Source: Zygnema circumcarinatum SAG 698-1b (Eukaryota; Plantae; Zygnematophyceae). From it: DNA of 64,000 bases. Shown here in pieces: positions 24,101 through 35,963 of the stretch. Position 1 is the first letter of the stretch; each line of letters begins with the position of its first letter. A program made the translations under genes and the position numbers. The stretch covers positions 1,178,001-1,242,000 of the forward strand of contig CM074813.1 of assembly GCA_037447605.1 (NCBI GenBank). The letters are read 5' to 3'. The notes under the pieces were generated by a model, which was not told the origin of the DNA, did no database searches, and saw only the letters and a program-made list of their open reading frames with translations.

Positions 24101-25628
24101 GTGAAGTGGAAAAAGGTAAAATTTGCGAAAACAAAAGTGGAGGCATGAGCAGGCCGAGACTAACATGAAACACTTGACAAAAAGAAAACCGTCTTAGGAA
24201 ACAGAAAGCCAAACCAAAAGAATGAGAGCCAAGCAAGAAGATCTTACTGCTTGTTCCCGACCCTTTTCTTCCAATGATTTCGCACCGCGAAACTCAACTG
24301 CATATGTAGGCGTTTTGCAAAAGGGGCACCTGACAAGGATAGAAAGGTTCCAAAGGTCCAGCTTCAGTTTCAGTTCAAGTATCAGAAGGAAAGGAACCAA
24401 TCGGAAAATAGAACAAATAAAGCAGACTCAGCTGCCATCGCCATTCTTGGTTGAAATCAATGGCTACATTCAGAGACATCTATCCTACATATTGGTACTG
24501 CAATGCCACTCAAGATTAAAAATGGGTTGAAACACTTAGCAAGGGCAAAATAAGCATCCAGGGCGTACTGCATTGCACGAGCTGCATGTGGAGACTTCAT
24601 TTGTAGGAAACATTCTGCTCAAAGGCAACAAATAACTTGGTTAGGACCTGCAAAACATGCATGCACTATGAAACAAGGCAGGGAAATAAACCTGCTGTTC
24701 ACGAAGTATTGAGTTATATGAGGAACGATAGCTGTGGTTGATGCCTCCCTCAGAAAGGTGTGGTCCATCCCTTTGACAAGTTTCAGTGCAGTAGTCCAGT
24801 ATTTTCATACAAGGTCAAATTCAAGACGTAGCAAGGACAAAGAAAAGAAGCAACTACTTCACCTGTACAAATGCCTTTTCCACAACACTTCGACCGATTG
24901 AGACTCGGGTAATGCTGCGAGGCAAGGAAAGCAGCAACAAGCAAACAAAGAAAATAGGTGAGGAAAAGGGACAGACAGTGAGCATGAGAAGGCAAGGAGG
25001 GAGAACGTACCGTACAAGAGAAAGAGAACAAACAAGGACGAGAAAAAAGAGAAGGCAGAGAGGGAGAAAGTACATAAAAGAGAGGTAAGACAGAGAGGGA
25101 GACGGGAAAAGAGACTAAGAGGTCAGAGGGAATCAGAGAGGAGGCGGGAGAAAGATTCAGTAGGGACAGCAGAAACAGAATATGGAAAGTGAGAGGGGAG
25201 GAAGAAAGAACGAGAAAGTAAAAAGACAAGTAGGGACAGGACAAAACCGGGATGCGAAAACCCGGATACAATTGAGCAGCATCAACTCCCAGTTACAAAT
25301 TTAGTAACTCACACAATGCCATTGGTTCTGAAATTCACTGAAAACGAAAGGAGTGCAGTTACCAAAAGTTCTTTCAAGCAGAAGAAGAACAAAATTCCAG
25401 TGCAGAGTCATTTTGCCATCAGAATGTACAGCTCACCAGAAAGCAGATTGGGCACTCCTCCAGCTCGATGTTGGCCTCGTCGCAGCCGAGGTAGCAGGGC
25501 GCAAGCTTGCCATCCAGGATGAGGCGGCGCAGCTTGCGATGGTCCACGTCGCGGTGCGTATAGAGGCCCTGCGGCCGAGTAAACTGCTCCGCCACCGGGG
25601 CCCTCCTCTTGCTGCCCTTATTCCCCAT
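21127..25628 (-). CDS. DA2: DA2/GW2-family RING E3 ubiquitin ligase, about 793 aa, with UIM-like segments
   Basis: Exons 25628-25437, 24914-24863, 24614-24569, 24329-24248, 23826-23138, 22904-22790 (weak acceptor), 22332-21127. MGNK (myristoylation-type start), [45 protein letters not shown]...QCPFCK, VEELMLREAIRQSLQ, LPQSFEEQLALAMALSL. Confidence 0.92.
21580..21785 (-). repeat. Coding tandem duplication (period about 84-96 nt, about 2.5 copies) in the DA2 last exon
   Basis: TAGGCTCATCTTCCAT...AAATC.GGAAG recurs at 21651 and 21747. The protein reads IALPDLMEDEPIN...SLRRPPSQR twice. Confidence 0.85.
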
Positions 25629-27130
25629 GGCTCTGGCGTTGCAGACCTCGGTTCCGCTCTCTCGCACTTCCTGTCTCTCTCTCTCTCGCTCTTTCTAGTT
25701 CTCTCTCATCTATCCTCTCTCTCTCCTTTTCTTTCTCTCTCTCACACACAGACACACACTCTCGTTCGCCGAATTTCCTTGGACATCCCTTGCTTCCTTG
25801 TCTCTCTCTATCCCTTGCTCTCTCTGTTTCGTTTCCTCTACGCTTCGTCCCTTTCTCCTTCTCCCTCCTCGTCCTTGCTTTACTTTCGCCCCATCTCGGT
25901 CAACTTCTTGGTTTTCTCTTCCCTCCTCTCTTTCTGCAATCCTCTTTTGCTCTAGGCTGTCATCGTTAGGACTGTTCTCCTGCTTTCCCGGATGTATGTG
26001 TTTTCCACTCTCCCGCCGCTCCCTTTCCTCCCACTCTGAAGATCGCTTTCCTTTGCTCTCCACCGCTCACTCGAGTCCGCCTGCTTCATCCAGTAGCCTG
26101 CGTCCTTTTCCGTCTACGTTTCTTCTTTCTTTCTGCGTTTTGTTCCCCTCACGCTCCTTCACTGCCTGCCTATTTCTGCCCCCCTCCACCTTCCCTCCTT
26201 CCCACTCTCTCACCTTGCCTCCCCCGTGCCCCGCTTCTCCTCTCGGACCTGCTGCCTCTAGACCTTCATCTCCCGTCTCTGTCTTTCAGAGCGCAGGCAA
26301 GAGATCAAACTTCTGCAGGCACGTGTAGTCCCAGAAATTTGGCCCTTTTGATGAGCGCGAACAACTGTCCATGAGGAACGCAGAGATTACGAATGTGCGG
26401 GAAGAGGCGTGTGGAAACATTCAATATTTGCAGTGATAATATACGAGGAATGCTTGCACGTGAGGGCGGGCTAACGAGCAGAGAGATGCAGGCAGGCAGA
26501 CAGCCATGGCTGCGAGCCAGCAAGCGGAGGGCCTGCAAGAGCGTGGAAGCAGCACCATGCATGCGTGCAGGCGGGCTGGCTTGCTCACTTTGGGTCAACT
26601 CTGGATCCGACGATCAACAAGTTGAACATATTCTCGTTGAAAACCTTCCCATGCTAGAACAATATCAGAAATAGTACATGTGTCTCCATTGAAACACCAC
26701 GTTTCTCTTACTGCTTCCGAATCGAGTCCCGAAGGACAATCTTTCCGATTGCTTGAAGTTGAATTTTGACAAGCCTACACTGGAATTTGCAAATTGGCCA
26801 GTTGATCTGGATCAACAAAGTACTGCATCTGGTCGCTTCGGCAAGATTCAACGAGTCAACAGGCGAATTGGTGGATCTTCGCGGACCAATTCCGGCCCCA
26901 ACGCGGCGGAGCCAGCACCGGCCTTGTCACTTGTCGCGCAAGCTTGCTTTGACATCATCATCAGAAATCGAAACCAGTACCTGGTTATGGCACCCCTGCG
27001 CACCAGGAAGTCAAACCCGAGTACTGCCTCCGAAATAGGCCCTGAGCGCGATGTCCCGCGGTTGACCCGCCCGCCCAGCGCCCGGTGCCGTCACTGCCGT
27101 CCGTTCGTTCGTCCGTCCGTCCGGAGGCAG

Positions 27131-27208
27131 GCATGCATGCATGTATGCCATCCATGGAAAGCATGCATGCATGCATGTATGTATGCATGCATGTATGTAT
27201 GAATGCAT
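27131..27208. repeat. (GCAT/GTAT)n tetranucleotide tract containing several RY motifs (CATGCA)
   Basis: gcatgcatgcatgtatgcc...gcatgcatgcatgcatgtatgtatgcatgcatgtatgtat. A similar tract lies at 11664-11692. Confidence 0.8.
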
Positions 27209-27567
27209 TGTACCGATCGCCATGCTAGTAGCTATGCTAGTTCCACGTCTTGCCGACGTTGCCGCCATCGAGCGCACCTAGTAATCAGCGACTCTCAACA
27301 AGCCTGTGCACAAGACACTGTATCAACAAGTTTTCTGTGTTTACAATGTTTTGTTTAGAGTTACAACATCCGCAACGAGCCCTTCAGATATTTCCAAAGA
27401 TGCACCACTGTACATGGACATATGCTTCAGAAAAAGGCCAAACGCCTTAATTATACAACTCGACGGAGATGATAATTACACGTTGTTGCTTGCCAGAGCG
27501 CATGTTAAGCAGGCCTAATCATCTGTTAAACGCTTCCGAACTGCCCTTTTTCCAAGGAAACTAACCA

Positions 27568-30440
27568 CTACATGCTCATATTGGGGATTTTCCGTTCAAA
27601 AGACGCTAAGAACTCGGTGTTGCCTTCGGCGCCTTTTATCGGCGACGGAATCCAACCTCGGCAATGGAAGCCCATGCCTTCCACGCCCGAGATGACTCGA
27701 GTCAAGACCTGTTGGTTCACACACACGAACACGCGCACAAGTTCCATGAACAAATTAATAACAAACCATGTGCGTGATGGTCACACAAGCATCTGCATTC
27801 CCAGCTGTACAACACCAGCAACAGATCAATGACTAGTGTGCATTTGTATCAAGTACAGAGAATGAAATTTGGCACGTCTCAAGACGTGTTACCCATGCTA
27901 TGCCTAATTGTAACTTCATACATTCCAATCCCGGGTCTGAAGTTACAGAAGACAGCTTCAACTCATCAGAATAAGCAGCACGTAACGACCACTCTTAAAT
28001 CACCAGAAATGGCTCACCCCATCATGCACTTGAGGGTCTCTCACGACTCCCCCGTCACCGACCTGTCCGTGCACCCATCAACCCTGTTGGAACACTAGGA
28101 ACATCTGTACATTGGCAGGAAGTAATTCCTTGAATACATCAATCTTTGCTTATTGTTATGTCCTGGAGGCATAGTAGACACGATCGAATCAGAAAAGTTG
28201 TCCCTGACCTATTGCAATTTTTACTCACTTGATCTTTCCGTGCCTCAAACTGCGGTTTGATGAGCGCCACCATCCGTCCTTGGGCTTTCAGTACTCGGCA
28301 AACTGCTGGCATAACCTGCATTCCAGATGACCCACGTTTCAATGGTCCAACTTTACAAATATACAAGAGCGCTCTGTTGGAGTACAATAAAATAGGAGAC
28401 TTGGAATGTGAGCTCACGGTAAGAATAGAGATGAAGGAGAGGTCGAGGGTTACGAGGTCGACTTGCTGTGGAAGGCCTTCAAGGTAGCGCAAATTAGTTC
28501 GCTCATAAATTGTAACACGTGGATCTGTCCGAATCCGTTCGCTCACCTGCAATCACTCCAAAAAACAAAAAAATATTATGTCTCTCCTTACAGTGATTTG
28601 GATGTTCAGAGACAAAATGCAAACATGATAAATCTATTTCAAGTTCCTATTATACAAAACAAGGCAAGAGTTGACGTAGGGGTACTGAGAGGAGCCGACG
28701 TAACTAACCTGCCCGTATCCAACATCTACCCCATATACGTGTGCCGCTCCATGCTGCAGAACACAGTCAGTAAAACCGCCTGTTGAAATTCCCGCATCGA
28801 GGACTACCGCTCCCATTACATCAACCTTAAAGTGGGACAAAGCTGCTTCCAGCTTCAACCCAGCCCTGTAGTTCCCTGTCAGGAGCTACGAAAGTAAAAG
28901 ATAGTCTGAGAAGGACGATAGAAACAGGAGGGGAGAGGGAGAGAAGGAGTAGAAGAGGACAGGGGAAAAGGGAAAGGGAGCAAAACAGCAGGATACAGAC
29001 GCAAGAGGAAGAAGGACAGTTGCATAGGAGAGAGGCACCTGCAGACATAACGAGGAACCTCCGCAATAAGATCTATTTTGGCTGTTTCATAAAGAGCCGT
29101 TCCAGGTTTCAAGACAGGTTGTCCCTCAACGAGCACTTTCCCTGAAAAGCCTCCAACAATACACAATGAAACAACAAACTGATTTAGAATCGACATTCAG
29201 TCACGAAAAGATAAACAAATTATTCTGAATGCATACATGCTTAAGTGCGCATATGCATATTAAACCCAATACTTCAACTAGAAAGTGGAAAAAACGAAGG
29301 ACTTGACAGAACGATAAACTGTATATACATGGCATACATCTTGAACTCACTCAAATCCAAAAGTAGCTGTCAACATATATCGTACAGCAAGCAGTCGTCA
29401 GGGAGGCCACCTTGCAAAATCCATGAGTTGATAGCTCCGGCTGTGTGCTGTGGAAAACGCTCACGGCATATATCATCCAACCGACGTTTCCGTCGTGTTT
29501 GTCTGCACAAAGTTTTTAGGGTGTGCGCAGGGGAGAGGCAAGGGGAGCGACGAATGAGAGAGGAAGACAAGAAGAGAAGGGAATGGGCGGATAAAAACAC
29601 GAATGGAGGACAGGAGATAGGAAAGAGGTGGAAAAGATGGTAAACGGAAAAAGACGATATGTGAAACGAGAGAAATGGAGAGAGTGGAGAGGTACGAGGA
29701 GAGCGAGGAAGAGAGGAGGGAGAGAGAGGAAGAGGTCGGGATGAGGGGTCAGAAGCGGCAAGAGAGGGAGAATGTAAAGCAAGGGAGAGAGAGGAGAGGT
29801 ACGAGGAGAGCGAGGACGAGAGGCGAGAGACAGAGTGGACGAGGCCGGGATGAGGGGTCAGAAGCGGCAAGAGAGGGAGAATATAAAGCAAGGAAGGGAT
29901 GGGGCAAATGGAGAGAGGAGGAAGGAAGGAAATAAAAGGAGGGCAAGAAAAGGAAAAAAAGAAGAAAGGAGACTGAAAGAGGGCTACGAGTGGTGAAACT
30001 ATGGCTTGCGCTCATATTTTTTGGCAGAGCACTCTCATCACCCGCTTACATATCACGGAAATAACGACCTAAGCAGAAAGTTTTCTAATACAGAAAATTT
30101 CGCATCCAGTCCCCATTCAGAGTGTTCCACGAAAGTGCGTTCGGAACACGTACCTTGATGTACGATCTTCTTCCTGAACGACTTGAGAGCTTGGCTCCCT
30201 TGAATCTTCATTTGAAGAAGCTGTCGTTGGTGTACTAAAAATCCTAGAATTGCTCTCAAAAGCAATTCCCCTTCTCATGAAATGTAAGTATGAACTATTT
30301 AATCTAGCAATGCCAGTTGTGACGACTTTCTTGCAGGGTTGTAACATGTCATCCATCGCATGCACATCGCGTATTCCACAGATGCCATGCATGCCCTGCC
30401 TCTGAAACATGGCGCATGCAACCTTAGCCATGGATGCCAT
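27568..30440 (-). CDS. tlyA: TlyA/hemolysin-A-family S4-domain + FtsJ-type rRNA methyltransferase, probably organellar, about 346 aa
   Basis: Exons 30440-30154, 29502-29411, 29141-29039, 28865-28709, 28546-28418, 28315-28229, 28062-28018, 27708-27568. KRRLDD...SWILQGKVLV (S4), [79 protein letters not shown]. The N-terminal extension is transit-peptide-like and the start codon is inferred. Confidence 0.92.
29686..29893. repeat. About 107-bp tandem duplication in tlyA intron 1
   Basis: GGAGAGGTACGAGGAGAGCGAGGA...GGGATGAGGGGTCAGAAGCGGCAAGAGAGGGAGAAT.TAAAGCAAGG starts at 29686 and again at 29793. Confidence 0.85.
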
Positions 30441-30615
30441 GCTCAGACTTTCCAGTTTGCCTGTGTCAAGACTTCCAATCGCTGTAAAATTCAAACCGCG
30501 GATTCATCGTGGAGATTTATGGGACCTTCTTCCAAAAACTCATGGAGAAATGTGAGCTGAAATTACCCACATATACGGTGCGATAGGCGCATCTCATCTC
30601 TGTGGAATGACGGGG

Positions 30616-30705
30616 GTACTGTATTGAAACCCTAAAAACTGGCCCATGCACTGCACGTGCAGTACGGCAGACGCCCGTATGGTACAGTACGCGCACATAC
30701 AGTAC
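30616..30705. promoter_or_regulatory. Telo-box, site II-like motif, G-box palindrome and GTAC cluster upstream of tlyA
   Basis: AAACCCTAA 30627-30635, GGCCCA 30641-30646, ACTGCACGTGCAGT 30650-30663, TACAGTAC at 30683 and 30698. Confidence 0.6.
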
Positions 30706-31584
30706 TCCTACTTGACTCGATATATCTCGATACGATGTTTTACAAACTTCAATGCGATATATACAGCACACTTTCTGACGTTTCTATGAGGTACTGTTCG
30801 GCCGAAGTTGCCGACGTCTGAACTGCGGTTTTTGGGCCTGCAAGATGCGCTCAGGCTTAAAAACGGTTGTGGTGTATGGCTTTATGCTTTGTGGGTTCCG
30901 TAGATTACAGGCATTCGCAAGTGCCACAACATGGTAGCATTGAACACAGCTTTTAGAAGATAATTTGGTTTTTTTGTTTCTCTGAAATCTCTGCTCTTAT
31001 ACTCCTTGTTTCCTAATAAGAATGCAATTTTCGTCTCAAAATGACACTGATTATTATGCTTCAGAAGAAAAGAAGCCACAAACAGTTGCATAGACTAAAA
31101 TGGTTACAAAATTCACAGCATTCGATTAGACAAGTACGTTAGGATAAGCCATCCCCAACCAAAGCGCTACTGCAACATTATGTTTGGACAAAAGAAGGCA
31201 ACGTACGACAAAAAAAAGGCACAAATTCTCGTTGTAGCTCTCTCTCAACCCTCCCTCTCCTCTCCCTTACGAGTGAAGACAAGCTAACCGAGGTACTTCG
31301 TCAAAAGAACTTCACCTGCCCGAAAACATCAAAGTCTGACCAGAAACGAACACATCTGCAAAGCTATATGTACATGAAAACTCGGAAAATTTCAGCTAAG
31401 TCCCGCTAAGGCTGCACGACTGCTCGATCCGGTTTCTTGCTCCCTGCAACCATAGAATGAAACAATCGTCCATTCAGCCAAACTGACTTAAACATGAAAC
31501 AACGGCAAAACGAGGCGGGCGTTGACAACATTTGAGTATGCCACAAAAGTTGATGGGGACGCTATAGAACCGGCTACAGTACCT

Positions 31585-33894
31585 TCAGTGCCCGGCCGTC
31601 TTTTTTGCCCTGTTCCGCATTTTATCCACTGACGTTCGCCCTTCCTCGTCGCTGAGGGGAGCATGGCTGTCCGAGCTGTTCGCAGTCCCCTCCAACTCAT
31701 GCTTTGCGCCATTTGCCGCACTGCTCACTCCGTTCGTCTTAGCGGACTTTTCGACATCTTGCACTTTCCCGTTCAACTCACGGCCGGCTCGTGTTCCCTG
31801 CTCCTCTGCCTCTTCTATTCCTGCTTGTGCACTTTCCTGGAAATCCTTAATCGCTTCCTTCGCCTCACTCCCGATCTCCCGAGACGCCTCCTCAATATCC
31901 TGCTGTACATTCCAAGCGGCTCCCTCCCCCTTCTTCGCGGTATCTCCAGCTGCATTACGTACATCTTTACCAGTCTCCTTCAGACCATGTCCCACTTCTT
32001 CTGTTCCATGCTCGATGTTTCCTTGCAAATCCCCACTTTTCGCTTTCGTCTGCTTTCCCAAATCATGTGCAGTCCCACGAACCACTTCCTCGGCATCATC
32101 CACCGTCCCCTTAAACTCATTACCCGCTCTTCGAGCCTCGCTACCTACTTCCTGAGTTGTTCCCTTTGCTTTGGACTTCACATCTTCAGCAGTGTCAACA
32201 GCTGTATCTTTCGCTTTTGTTCCGACCTCTTTTGTCTTCTCCTTCACATCTTCTCCCGTCTCCTTCACTCTATCAGTAGCTTCTTCTGCCTTACCTCTTA
32301 CACGTTCACCCGCCTCTTGAGCCTTTCCACCAGCTTGCTGGGCTTTTTCCTTCGCTTCATGTCCAATATCCTGTGCAGTCTCCTTCGTCTTTTGGCCCAC
32401 CTCCTCCGCTTTTCCCTTGACTGTTTCGCCAGTCTCTTGCACCTTGTCACCGGCCTGCTGCGCCTTCTCTTTGGCTCCCTGCCCAACATCCTGCGCCTTT
32501 CCCTTAACAGTCTGGGCTGTTTCTTTCACCTGTTCACCTGCTTTTTCTGTCGTCTTTTGAGCCTGTGACACAATATTATTGAAAACAATGAGCATACCGT
32601 CACTACAGGGATTTTCCCACGGTGACATTAACAAGTAAGGTAGTCGTCTGCAAACAAATTCAGATAAAACACGAGAAGTGCCAGCTATAAGTATGATAGA
32701 GCAGCAGGTTTTCCCGCGTAAGTAAGATTACCTGCTCAGCAGTGCCTGTAAGAATGTCCTCTGTCTTCTGGGCGACACCTCCGAGTGTTTCTTCCACTTT
32801 GTCAACCAGCCGGTGCGCCTGATCCTCCAACTGTATTCGTCATTCACATAACAAGGAATGAAATAAATAACCCCCTGGCGTGATCTGCCTCTCAACTTTA
32901 CTAAAAGGGTACTAAATGTAGGGCCATCACTTAAAAAAAATAAGTGCAAAAGGACAACTACATGCTGTACAGAGTGCTGAAGTGCTGACTGCGCACACAG
33001 CAAAAATATTGTTTCATAAAATCAACATGACGTTTCTAATCATGTGACGTACACAAACAAAAAAAAAGGTGAGTATAACCCACTGTTCCATCATCATCTG
33101 CGTTAGCTCTCAAGGTTGTGGACAGCTTCCGCGGACTACATCTCCTCCTGCTCTCAGTGAGGCGCAGCGAAGTTGGAAGTAACCTCAAACGCCTTAGTCT
33201 GTCAGGAACCACTGCGTGCGTCAGCATTCTAATGCGGAGACTTCTTAGACACTAGTTATCCAAAATGAACTTCAGATCTCTGCAACTGAGCCCGTACCAC
33301 TGCACAGAGTCAAGTCACATCACTCCGGCCATCCGGCCCTACGTCCAAACACCATCTGCGGCTTTTTATGTCATTCATCACGCATCTCCTTACATCCCGT
33401 ATTCCCAAACCACACTGTAACCATCAACAGTACGTTCTTCATCAAGAAGTGTGCCAGCCATTCATCGATACAATAATCTTCCCCATCATCTGCGTGACAT
33501 CTTCCCTGTTTGAAGTACGAACTCAGTAGTACTTCCCAGAAACTGATACCGAATCATACGTTTAACACCGAAGCAAGAAGCATCAACAGGAAAACAAGGC
33601 AGCAGAGTGAAACTTGAGCAATTGAACAATTTTCAACAAAAATCTTGAAATTAATCCATGCTGAACGTGTGCATCTCTATACAATTAAAGATAAGCATTG
33701 CATTATCCTACGACAGGTAACCGCAATCCGACCGTTGGAGAAACAATTCCAAGAAAAGAAACATGCTGCACCATTGAGCACTTTCCTGACCTCTGTGAAC
33801 CTGCCCCATTCCATCGACTGCCTGTAGCTGCACATGTAGGGGCAGCTGCAACAGCAGAGACAACTGCGGCCGCCGTCGTTGCAAGAGCCGCCAT
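31585..33894 (-). CDS. Group-3 (LEA_4-type) late embryogenesis abundant protein with predicted plastid transit peptide, about 441 aa
   Basis: Exons 33894-33791, 33228-33084, 32830-32732, 32562-31585, phase-consistent. MAALATTAAAVVSAVAAAPT...RRLRLL...STTLRA is followed by hydrophilic K/E/A/Q/G/T-rich 11-mer repeats (KAQDVGQGAKE, KAQQAGDKVQE, KAEEVGQKTKE) with no Trp or Cys in the repeat region. Confidence 0.85.
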
Positions 33895-33900
33895 GGATGA

Positions 33901-33976
33901 GCAGCAGTGGACCAGCAGCAGCAGTGGACCAGCAGCAGCAGTAGCAGCAGCAGTAGCAGCAGCAGCAAGAAGCAGC
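33901..33976. repeat. Interrupted (CAG/CTG)n tract directly 5' of the LEA start codon
   Basis: gcagcagtggaccagcagcagcagtggaccagcagcagcagtagcagcagcagtagcagcagcagc. Confidence 0.85.
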
Positions 33977-34087
33977 AACCTCCAACCACGACCTCCCGAG
34001 ATTCCTTACAACAGCGCACAGCTAAAGCGCGCGTCGGCGCTTTCTGGAACCTCCCTCCCTCGCTGGACCTGCGCGCCCTCAGGGCGT

Positions 34088-34239
34088 GCCACGTGGAGCC
34101 GCTCCTCGGTGTGCCCCGGCGAGGTGGAAAGCGCGGCCACGTGGCAGCGCTCAGCGTTGTCCATTGTGCGCCACGTGTCGCCCTCGGCCGGCGAGTGCGA
34201 ACGTGGCACGAGTTGGACGAAACGGCGGAGCCACGTGGC
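34088..34239. promoter_or_regulatory. ABRE/G-box cluster upstream of the LEA gene
   Basis: GCCACGTGG 34088, GCCACGTGGC 34136, GCCACGTGTC 34170 (GACACGTGGC on the LEA strand), ACGTGGC 34201 and GCCACGTGGC 34230. That is five ACGTG cores in 152 bp, 194-345 bp from ATG 33894. Confidence 0.8.
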
Positions 34240-34740
34240 GACCGGAAGGGCCGGGTGGGGCACTGCGTCGAACGAGACTGTCGTATCGTATCGTATCGAG
34301 TATCGTCCGCGCGACCTGGCTTTACCGTACCGGGCGGCAGACGAGGCGAACGGCGGGTTGTGGTTGTAGGGATGGCCCGTGTATTAAAGTCGGACTATTT
34401 TATGCGTTTAAAACATGTAATGGAGTCTAAAGTTTTAGAGAGGCCAACGAGAGATCAATGCCACTCCCACCCTGTTCTTAAGTTTTAGACTTTAAATCAA
34501 AAGAAAGGAAGTGTCATTCAATGACCTCACGATGGCGAGGCCATCAAACGTATATGGACAAAATCAACATGGGAAACTGGCCGCAAAGGACCTGAGGACA
34601 AAAGAAAAAAGCTAGGAACGAAAATCTACGCCTAGACTCAACACCGCTTCAAGCCCTCCCTCGAAGCAGCCGCAAAGGTGAAGGGGAATGGATCCGACAT
34701 CAAATTTGTTTGAACTGCACAATTAAACATTAAACATTTT

Positions 34741-34820
34741 GTACGACCGTATACATACTGTACGGAGGACGTACAGTCGTACAGTCAAACATTGGTACTG
34801 TACTGTAATAAAGACCCTAA
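34741..34820. promoter_or_regulatory. GTAC cluster in the LEA-ABA3 intergenic region
   Basis: Six GTAC within 34741-34803 (GTACAGTCGTACAGTC, GTACTGTACTGTA), followed by ACCCTAA at 34814. Confidence 0.5.
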
Positions 34821-35852
34821 AGCTTAACATACCTGCCGGACCTTATAGCCCTGTATGGCCATCCCGAGGTTGGAGGCACACGTCACAGGCGCGTACGAAT
34901 GGCTGTGTCTGTGCTCGTCGATGGAGGAGGTTGCAGTTGTGGATGCAGTTGCACAGATGTGTGATGGTACCAATGAAACGCTGGACGGCCCATGCCATTG
35001 GCTCAACTTTGTAATTCATTGTTGAGGTCGCTCAGCATAGAACTGCAGTTCGCACTTTATCGCGTGGCTTTGTAGATCGGACGGTTTAGACTACTTTGCC
35101 TCTAAACATACAGTTCTTGTGTCGTTTGAGGCGCCGTCAGTAAAAAATCGTATCATCGGTGGCTTGCAGAATTCAAGCATAAGATGTCGCGACTTTTATT
35201 GCATGTTGCATTGCACCAGATGCTTACAGCGCTGCGTGATGTGGTGAATGAAACAAAGCAGTTAAGAATGAGACTGAAGTTGACGAAAAGAAGGCTTGAA
35301 TGGCCTCAAGAACAAAGACTACATTGTGTTGCTTCCGGTGTAATTTTGGCGGCTAATCTTTAGGAATGAACAGTATAATTGAAGACTTGACGTTTTGAGG
35401 ATGAGAGTTTTGGAAGAGAAAAGCATAAGATACTTTGTGCTTCCGGTCAAGTTTTGGAACAAAGCTGTCGTATTTGGGGATTGATGTTTTACGTGCTGAA
35501 TTCTAAATGACTAAAACGAGGTTTGTTATGGAAGAAACGGTTGAAGAATGAGTTCAGTCCAACATTGCGTATGTTGCAGGTTAAGTATCAGGAATGAATC
35601 CAGTCAACAACTCACATCTCTTTCCTTTTCATCCTTAGGTCCTTGGTGACCCATTCTCCCGGTTTCCCCACATTGTTTTTTTGTCCGTACACATTTGATG
35701 GCGTCGCCATCGTGAGGTCAACGCGATTGTTGCTCGTGACTCTACTTCAATAACGTTATAAGAATTAATATAAAATGAAAAAATTACTTTTATGTCCCCA
35801 ACCCCACTCTTTTGCCTATGCGCACTGCGGTCTTCAGCCTTGGTCCAAGTCA

Positions 35853-35963
35853 TGACGTCAGGAGTATGCTGACGCCACCTTCCCCGCGAAGTTCGAGCCC
35901 GTCCACGTGAACGCGTCCGCTTGTGTGTCCAAGTCGAGCAGGATTCCTTTATCATGACGTCAT
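35853..35963. promoter_or_regulatory. bZIP-type sites in the GC-rich region upstream of ABA3
   Basis: TGACGTCA 35853, CACGTG 35904 adjacent to ACGCGTC 35911, ATGACGTCAT 35954. Confidence 0.55.

Noticed and set aside
31663-32568. 301-aa hydrophobic + strand ORF resembling a membrane protein
   Set aside because: It is the antisense shadow of the K/E/A-rich LEA exon.
33677-34019. Cys-rich metallothionein-like ORF (CCCCYCCCYCCC)
   Set aside because: It is a translation of the (CTG)n leader repeat in another frame.
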